A stretch of DNA of 62,485 bases, filler included. It is 5 parts of 5 records of this genome, joined end to end, with 100 filler letters (N's around TTAATTAATTAA, not from the genome) between each part and the next. Parts side by side here need not be neighbours in the genome. Positions count along the whole stretch, not along the records: positions 54,872 to 62,485 come from SRR31156797_7110; 4 more parts are not named here. One strand, written 5' to 3'. Position 1 is the first letter of the stretch, and every line of letters starts with the position of its first letter. Of the stretch, positions 56,663-62,485 are shown piece by piece. Below the pieces are notes generated by a model, which saw only the letters and a program-made list of their open reading frames with translations, had not been told where the DNA came from and did no database searches. A program made the position numbers and the translations under genes.

Positions 56663-56700
56663 TGTTTTTAGCGTCCTTTCGCAACCTGGTGGTTTCCACG

Positions 56701-56729
56701 TTGACATGGCCGGGAAAATTCCCTAAGCT
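56701..56729 (+). promoter_or_regulatory. Putative sigma70 promoter TTGACA-N17-TAAGCT
   Basis: Consensus match; GAGGAG RBS before the ATG at 56779. Confidence 0.6.
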
Positions 56730-56778
56730 ATTTGCAGGAATGTCGGAAACGTCTCTCTTGGGGTAGAGGAGATCCACC

Positions 56779-57642
56779 ATGGCAATTCAGACGATTTCAT
56801 CTTCGGTATTCAAGCACACCTCCAAAAAAATGACCGTTGTCGGTCTGGGCGGCGAAGGAATCTTAAGGACTGCGGGAATGGACGACAAGGCTGACGCCGT
56901 CATTCAGGAAGCGGTACGTCAGGGGATTTCCTATTTTGATTCTGCCAGGGTGTACAAGGACAGTGAACTTTATTATGGCGGGGTCTGGAAGAAAAATCCT
57001 CGGATCAGGGAGCAGGTGTTTCAGGCCAGTAAATCGGCCCAAAGGACAAAGCAGGGTGCTTTTCAGGACCTGTTTCAGACCCTGGAGCGGCTGAAGACCG
57101 ACCATCTGGATCTCTGGCAGATACATGATGTCAGGGATGAAAACGACCTGCGTCTTATTTCTGAAAAAGGCGGGGCCCTTGAGGCCTTTGTGGAAGCAAA
57201 GGAAAAAGGCCTTGTCAAACATATCGGGGTCACAGGTCATCATGATCCGGTGATCCTGGCCGGGGCTGTGGAACAATGGCCCGTGGATGCCGTCCTGATG
57301 CCCGTGAATCCTGTGGAAGCGGTTCTCGGCGGTTTTTTGACAAAGCCCCTTGACGCCGCCTTGAAAAAGGGAATGGCCGTAATCGGTATGAAGGTGCTGG
57401 GCGGAGGTCATTATATCGCCGGAGAGCTTGGCTTTACGGCTGAACTTCTGGTCCGGTTCGCTCTTTCCCATGGAACTTCCATCGCCATTGCAGGGTGCGG
57501 TTCGCCGGATGAGGTCAGAGAACTTGCAAGGGCCGGAAGCCGCACCCATGGGGCGCTGTCACAGGAGCAGAAAAAGGAGATCTGTAAACCGTTCATTCCC
57601 TTGGCTCAAAAACTTGCTTTTTACAGGGGCAGTGTTTTTTAA
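56779..57642 (+). CDS. Aldo/keto reductase
   Basis: VGLGGEG, YFDSARVY..SE, LKTDHLDLWQIH, IGVTGHH, IGMKVLGGG. Confidence 0.9.
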   Translation: MAIQTISSSVFKHTSKKMTVVGLGGEGILRTAGMDDKADAVIQEAVRQGISYFDSARVYKDSELYYGGVWKKNPRIREQVFQASKSAQRTKQGAFQDLFQTLERLKTDHLDLWQIHDVRDENDLRLISEKGGALEAFVEAKEKGLVKHIGVTGHHDPVILAGAVEQWPVDAVLMPVNPVEAVLGGFLTKPLDAALKKGMAVIGMKVLGGGHYIAGELGFTAELLVRFALSHGTSIAIAGCGSPDEVRELARAGSRTHGALSQEQKKEICKPFIPLAQKLAFYRGSVF

Positions 57643-57836
57643 CTATACTTAAAAAAGACCTCCCGGTCCGACCACAATTCCTGCTTGAAATAATGTTCTC
57701 TTTGTGATCTATTCGTTTTTGATAAAAAAAGCAAGCACCTATCCTCAGAACAATTCAAGCCCCGTAGATCCGGATAGGCGATGGCACCCGGAATGGGTGT
57801 TCCACGGACTGCCGGATACACGAAAAAGGACATGGA

Positions 57837-60800
57837 ATGGACTGGACGCTGAAATCTGCATATGGGCATGGGCGAAATTACGCTGAATCGCTGGATTGGA
57901 AACGCCTTTTTTATGTATGTCTTGCTTCGCTGATTCCGCTTTTGTGCGGATTCTGCGATATGGCGGGGGCCGCCGGGCCGGTGGACCGGACGAAACACGC
58001 GCTGCTGCTTAATTCCTATCACAAGGGGTATGGCTGGACCGATGAGATTACCCGCGGGGTGGAAGAAACACTGGTTGGGAAAAATGTTGATCTCCACGTG
58101 GAATATATGGATACCAAACGCGGTTTTGACGAGGCCTATCTTCAGCTTATCGCCAGTTTGTTGAAAAAGAAGTATTTTGATCAGCCCTACGATGTCATTA
58201 TCTCCTCGGACAACAACGCCTTTGTTTTTCTCAAGGACCGGGGAGAGGAGATCTTCGGAAACACTCCCGTGGTGTTCTGCGGCATCAACTACCTTCTGGA
58301 GGGGGACATTGAAAATCTCCCCCGCTTTACCGGGGTCAACGAACGGGTTGATGTGGAGGCGAATCTCAGGCTGATAAGGCGCCTGCATCCCCATCGGGAC
58401 AAGATTGTGATTGTGACCGACGATACCCTGTCCGGAAAACGTATCCAGGAACATGTTCTGTCGCTGTCCGGTAATTGGGGACGGGCGTCGGGAAAGATCA
58501 CCCTTCTCCATGACGTGACCGTTGGCGAGCTCGGTCTGAAGATGCGGGGCCTGGACCATCGGACCGTTGTCCTTTACACCTCGTTCTACCGGGACAGGCT
58601 CGGACGGTTCTTCGGGTTTGACAGGGGGGCTCGATATGTGTGCGATCGTGCGCTGGTTCCGGTCTACGGCGCCTCCAACCCAAGTCTTGGCCACGGAATC
58701 GTGGGGGGATATCTGACGAACGGCCATCAGCATGGCGTTGATGCGGCGGCCCAGGCCCTTGAGATCCTTGCGGGTACGCCGGTTGCCGATATTCCCGTTC
58801 GGTGGATAAGTCCGGAGGGGCTGCGTTTCGACCACCGGCAGCTCCAGCGCTTCAATATCCCGATTTCAGCCCTGCCAAGGAAGAGCGAGATTCTTTACCG
58901 GCCCGCCTCCTTCTATCGTCAGCACAAGGGGCTGGTCTGGAATCTGGTTCTGGTTTTCGGGCTCATGACCACGGCCCTTCTGGGCCTTGGCTACGGCCTG
59001 GTCCGCTCCCGGCGGTCGGAGCAGGCCCAGAAAAAATACAGGAATCTTTTCAGGACCTCGGAAGATGCGATTGTTGTCGGAGACACGGAACAGGGGTTTC
59101 TGGATTGCAACCCGGCGGCCCTTAAAATGTTCGCGGTGCCGTCAAAGGATGCGTTTCGTCTGCTGACCCCGGCCGACCTGTCCCCTGAAACCCAGCCCGA
59201 TGGGGCCTTCTCTGCAGACCTCATGAAAATTGTCAACGCAAGGAGCCTTGAACAGGGGTCGTGTTTTTTTGAATGGCTGTTCCGGGGGCTTGACGGGCGG
59301 GATTTTCCGGCAACGATTCTTGCCACCCGCATGGAACTGGGGGACAGAACCATATTCCAGGGAACGGTTCGGGATATCACCGGGCGCAAGCGGGCGGAAG
59401 AAGCCCTGCGTCAGCGGCTCGATTACCAGTTTGGCCTTGGGGAGTGCATTGCCGCACTGGCTGAGCTCGGGGATCCCGGCGACAAGCTGTCCCGGGTGAC
59501 GGAGATACTGCGGAGTGTCGTGGATGTCAGCCGTGCTTACATTTTCATGAACGAAGACGATCCTGAACTGGGGGTTTGCATGAACCAGGTGCATGAATCC
59601 TGTGCCGGGAACACGGAACCGCAGATTGATAATCCCCTGTTGCGTCATTTGCCCTATAGCTTTACCTCGCTGCCGATGCTGGAGGCACTTCAGGCGAAAG
59701 AAACCATTGCCCGCCTGGCCGGCGAACTACCGGAACCGGAACGTGGGTTGATGGCGTCCCAGGGGGTGCTGTCCTTTTTGATCCTGCCCATCCATGCCGG
59801 AGAAAACTTGTGGGGGTTCATCGGGTTTGACGATTGCGAAACCCCCCGGCAGTGGAAGGAGGAGGATATCCGGATCCTCCATTCCATTGCCCATGCCATT
59901 GGCGCCGCCATCCTCCGGTGGGAGGCCGTGGAGGCGCTTCAGGTTGAACGGGCGCAGTTGCTTTCCATATTTGACAGCATTGACGAGGTGATATACGTCA
60001 CGGATCCGGAAACCCATAAGCTGTTGTACGTGAACCAGACCGTTAAAAAAACCCTGGGCAGGGATCCGGTCGGTGAGGTCTGTCATAAGGTGTTCCAGGG
60101 CCTTGACTCCCCGTGTGAATTCTGTACCAACGGGATCATTCTGGAACAGAAACCCGAACCTTACAGGTGGGAGTATCATAATTCAACCCATAACAAGACC
60201 TTTGCCATCGTCGACCGCATCATCAAATGGCCGGATGGCCGGGACGTCCGGTTTGAGCTTGCCATTGATATCACGGAACGCAGGCGTGCGGAAGAATCCC
60301 TGAAGAAGAGCGAGGAGCGTTTTGAACTGGCCATGTCGGTGGCCAATGAAGGCATCTGGGATTGGGCCCTCGAGACCGGCAAGGAGCTGTTTGATGACCG
60401 CTACTATTCCATGGCCGGGTATGAACCCGGCGAGTTTCCGGGGGTGCTGGAAGAGTGGGAAAAACGGGTCCATCCCGATGATCTCGGGAAGGCCCAGAAT
60501 GCCATAGATATGTACCTGGCCGGTGAGGCGCCGGCCTATAAGGCTGAATTCAGGTTTAGAAAGAAAGACGGCGCCTGGATGTGGATCATGGCAAAGGGGA
60601 AAATCGTTTCCCGTGACGCGGAAGGCAAGCCCGTCCGTTTTGTGGGGACCCATACTGACATCACGGAATTGAAACAGGCCGAAAAAGCCCTGCGCCGGGC
60701 CCAGAAAATGGAAGCCGTGGGTCAGCTGACCGGCGGTATCGCCCATGACTTTAACAATCTCCTCGGGGTTATCATCGGCAACCTCGATCTGCTCAAGCTC

Positions 60801-61838
60801 CACGCAGGGGCCAATAAAAAAGTCCGCAAACGGATAGGCACCGCCCGCAGGGCCGCAATGCGCGGCGCCGATCTCACCAGGCAGCTCCTCGGATTCTCCC
60901 GGAGGCAGGCCGAGCATGTGGCTGCCACCGATATCAACCAGGTGATCCGGGGTATGGGGAACCTGATCGGGCGGTCCCTCACCCCGGAAGTGGTGGTGGA
61001 ATACAGGCTTGAGAAGAATCTGTGGCTCACCGGGATCGATCTTGGCGATTTTGAAGACGTTCTGCTCAACCTGGTGCTCAACGCCCGGGATGCCATGCCG
61101 GGCGGCGGCCGGCTCACCATCGAGACCGCCAATCGTATTGTGGATGCCGACCCATGCGCCACAAGTTCAGAAGCCCCGCCCGGGGAATATGTTCAGCTTA
61201 CGGTGGAGGACAGCGGGTCCGGCATCCCCGCGGACAACCTTGAGCGCATCTTCGAGCCTTTTTTCACCACAAAGCCCCAGGGCAAAGGTACCGGCCTGGG
61301 CCTTGCCATGGTGTTCGGTTTTGTCGAGCGTTCAGGGGGGTATATCAATGCCGGTTCGGAACTTGGCGTGGGCACCCGCTTTCGTCTCTATCTGCCCCGG
61401 ACGGCGGGGGAGGCGGCGAAGCCCCGGGAGAGCGGGGCCGACCTGCCGGCCACGCTTCCCCTTGGGTGCGAGACCCTGATGGTGGTGGATGATGAGGCGG
61501 AGCTTTTGAACCTTGCACGGACGACCCTGGAGCCCCTGGGGTACCGGGTCCTGACCGCGTCCAACGGCCACCAGGCCCTGGCCCGCCTGGCCGAGGAACC
61601 GGGGGTGGACCTGCTGTTCAGTGATGTGCTGATGCCCGGGGGAATCAATGGGTACGAGCTGGCGGAAGCGGCCTGCGCCCAATACCCCCACCTCAAGGTA
61701 CTGCTGACCTCGGGATATACGGCAAAGGCGACGGCCACCGGTGCCGGGGCCCGGTTCGGATCAAACCTGTTGAATAAGCCCTATACCCAGGCGGAAATGG
61801 CGAACCGGGTGCGGGCGCTCCTGGGGGAAAAATCCTGA
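57837..61838 (+). CDS. Hybrid sensor histidine kinase (periplasmic binding-protein-like sensor, PAS, GAF, two PAS, HisKA, HATPase, REC); start uncertain
   Basis: LLLNSYH...EYMDTKR sensor; PAC DIT motifs; GIAHDFNNLL H-box; NLVLNARDAM; FEPFFTTK; GTGLGL; VVDDE...LLFSDVLMP. Confidence 0.93.
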   Translation: MDWTLKSAYGHGRNYAESLDWKRLFYVCLASLIPLLCGFCDMAGAAGPVDRTKHALLLNSYHKGYGWTDEITRGVEETLVGKNVDLHVEYMDTKRGFDEAYLQLIASLLKKKYFDQPYDVIISSDNNAFVFLKDRGEEIFGNTPVVFCGINYLLEGDIENLPRFTGVNERVDVEANLRLIRRLHPHRDKIVIVTDDTLSGKRIQEHVLSLSGNWGRASGKITLLHDVTVGELGLKMRGLDHRTVVLYTSFYRDRLGRFFGFDRGARYVCDRALVPVYGASNPSLGHGIVGGYLTNGHQHGVDAAAQALEILAGTPVADIPVRWISPEGLRFDHRQLQRFNIPISALPRKSEILYRPASFYRQHKGLVWNLVLVFGLMTTALLGLGYGLVRSRRSEQAQKKYRNLFRTSEDAIVVGDTEQGFLDCNPAALKMFAVPSKDAFRLLTPADLSPETQPDGAFSADLMKIVNARSLEQGSCFFEWLFRGLDGRDFPATILATRMELGDRTIFQGTVRDITGRKRAEEALRQRLDYQFGLGECIAALAELGDPGDKLSRVTEILRSVVDVSRAYIFMNEDDPELGVCMNQVHESCAGNTEPQIDNPLLRHLPYSFTSLPMLEALQAKETIARLAGELPEPERGLMASQGVLSFLILPIHAGENLWGFIGFDDCETPRQWKEEDIRILHSIAHAIGAAILRWEAVEALQVERAQLLSIFDSIDEVIYVTDPETHKLLYVNQTVKKTLGRDPVGEVCHKVFQGLDSPCEFCTNGIILEQKPEPYRWEYHNSTHNKTFAIVDRIIKWPDGRDVRFELAIDITERRRAEESLKKSEERFELAMSVANEGIWDWALETGKELFDDRYYSMAGYEPGEFPGVLEEWEKRVHPDDLGKAQNAIDMYLAGEAPAYKAEFRFRKKDGAWMWIMAKGKIVSRDAEGKPVRFVGTHTDITELKQAEKALRRAQKMEAVGQLTGGIAHDFNNLLGVIIGNLDLLKLHAGANKKVRKRIGTARRAAMRGADLTRQLLGFSRRQAEHVAATDINQVIRGMGNLIGRSLTPEVVVEYRLEKNLWLTGIDLGDFEDVLLNLVLNARDAMPGGGRLTIETANRIVDADPCATSSEAPPGEYVQLTVEDSGSGIPADNLERIFEPFFTTKPQGKGTGLGLAMVFGFVERSGGYINAGSELGVGTRFRLYLPRTAGEAAKPRESGADLPATLPLGCETLMVVDDEAELLNLARTTLEPLGYRVLTASNGHQALARLAEEPGVDLLFSDVLMPGGINGYELAEAACAQYPHLKVLLTSGYTAKATATGAGARFGSNLLNKPYTQAEMANRVRALLGEKS

Positions 61839-61951
61839 CATTAAGGGTCATCACGGATTTGTGATTGTCAGTGGCCCGCAATTCTGCTAATGTAGTGCGT
61901 TTAATGGGAAATGCTTTTAACATTACTTACTAAGTCAGGATGTGTTTACAG

Positions 61952-62485
61952 ATGATTCGGTTTAAGAAAGTTAACAAATGGTATGGACCTTTCCACGTTC
62001 TTAAAGATATTGATTTCCATGTTCCGCCCGGCGGTGTCAGTGTGGTATGCGGTCCCAGCGGATCGGGCAAAAGTACCCTGATTCGATGCATCAACAAGCT
62101 GGAACCCATTGATAACGGCGAAATAATCGTTGATGGAATGAAGGTCCATGATTCCCAGACCAACCTGACCCGGCTCAGGACCGAAGCCGGTTTCGTATTC
62201 CAGCAATTCAATCTCTACCCCCACATGACCGTGCTCGATAATATCACCCTTGCTCCCCTCAAGGTAAGGAAATACGCAAAGGGAGAGGCAAAGGATATTG
62301 CCATGGCCCTCCTTGAAAAGGTGGGCATCCATGATAAGGCCGATTCCTATCCTTCCCAGCTCTCCGGAGGCCAGCAGCAGCGGGTCGCCATCGCAAGGGG
62401 ACTTGCCATGCAGCCCAAGATCATGCTGTTTGACGAACCCACCTCGGCCCTTGATCCGGAAATGATCAACGAAGTGCTGGATGTC
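61952..62485 (+). CDS. Polar amino acid ABC transporter ATP-binding protein (GlnQ-like), truncated by the window end; absent from the ORF track
   Basis: Hand translation MIRFKKVNKWYG...GPSGSGKSTL...VFQQFNLYPH...LSGGQQQRVAIAR...LFDEPTSALDPE. Confidence 0.95.
   Translation, partial: MIRFKKVNKWYGPFHVLKDIDFHVPPGGVSVVCGPSGSGKSTLIRCINKLEPIDNGEIIVDGMKVHDSQTNLTRLRTEAGFVFQQFNLYPHMTVLDNITLAPLKVRKYAKGEAKDIAMALLEKVGIHDKADSYPSQLSGGQQQRVAIARGLAMQPKIMLFDEPTSALDPEMINEVLDV

Noticed and set aside
57837-61838. Hybrid kinase as a novel system
   Set aside because: This domain architecture is common in Desulfobacterota and all catalytic motifs are intact.
61872-61888. Sigma54 promoter before the GlnQ-like gene (TGGC...TGC)
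   Set aside because: GG-to-GC spacing is 11 rather than the required 10.

Overview
This window is not one locus. It is five unrelated contigs joined by artificial 100-nt spacers (44 N + TTAATTAATTAA + 44 N) at 22636-22735, 40793-40892, 46902-47001 and 54772-54871, so nothing should be inferred across the junctions. Taxonomy below is inferred from gene content, order and sequence style; no database was searched. (1) 1-22635: GC-rich, spirochaete-like chromosome with an aldo/keto reductase, yihY, an orphan amino-DNA methyltransferase, clpS-clpA-aat, an NHL/vWA protein, surE, a galK-like gene, rpmE, rho, pncC/cinA, two bactofilins, hup, rpsT, ricT/yaaT, yaaR, an M23 peptidase and the start of tatD. 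It also has a 59-aa gene missing from the ORF track that may be ribosomal protein bL38. (2) 22736-40792: AT-rich, FCB-superphylum-like (Marinimicrobia-like) contig with rpiB-glyA-nrdR and a type IX secretion-like envelope cluster: PorV with a large insertion, an M6-like protease lacking HExxH but carrying a T9SS C-terminal domain, and a peptidase/beta-propeller/Omp85-like barrel fusion. (3) 40893-46901: probable large-phage fragment with a radical SAM protein, class II ribonucleotide reductase and NAD-dependent DNA ligase. (4) 47002-54771: Desulfobacterota-like contig with formate dehydrogenase alpha/beta, an archaeal-type CTP-dependent riboflavin kinase, a divergent ADP-ribosylglycohydrolase, a GAF protein and a Liv-type ABC transporter. 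(5) 54872-62485: Desulfobacterales-like contig with a FadL-type channel, an aldo/keto reductase, a hybrid histidine kinase and a partial GlnQ-type ATPase. No rRNA, tRNA, CRISPR array or transposase was recognised. The best candidates for undescribed biology are the PorV/pseudoprotease/peptidase-Omp85 cluster, the phage-like radical SAM-RNR-ligase module and the bL38-like small gene.
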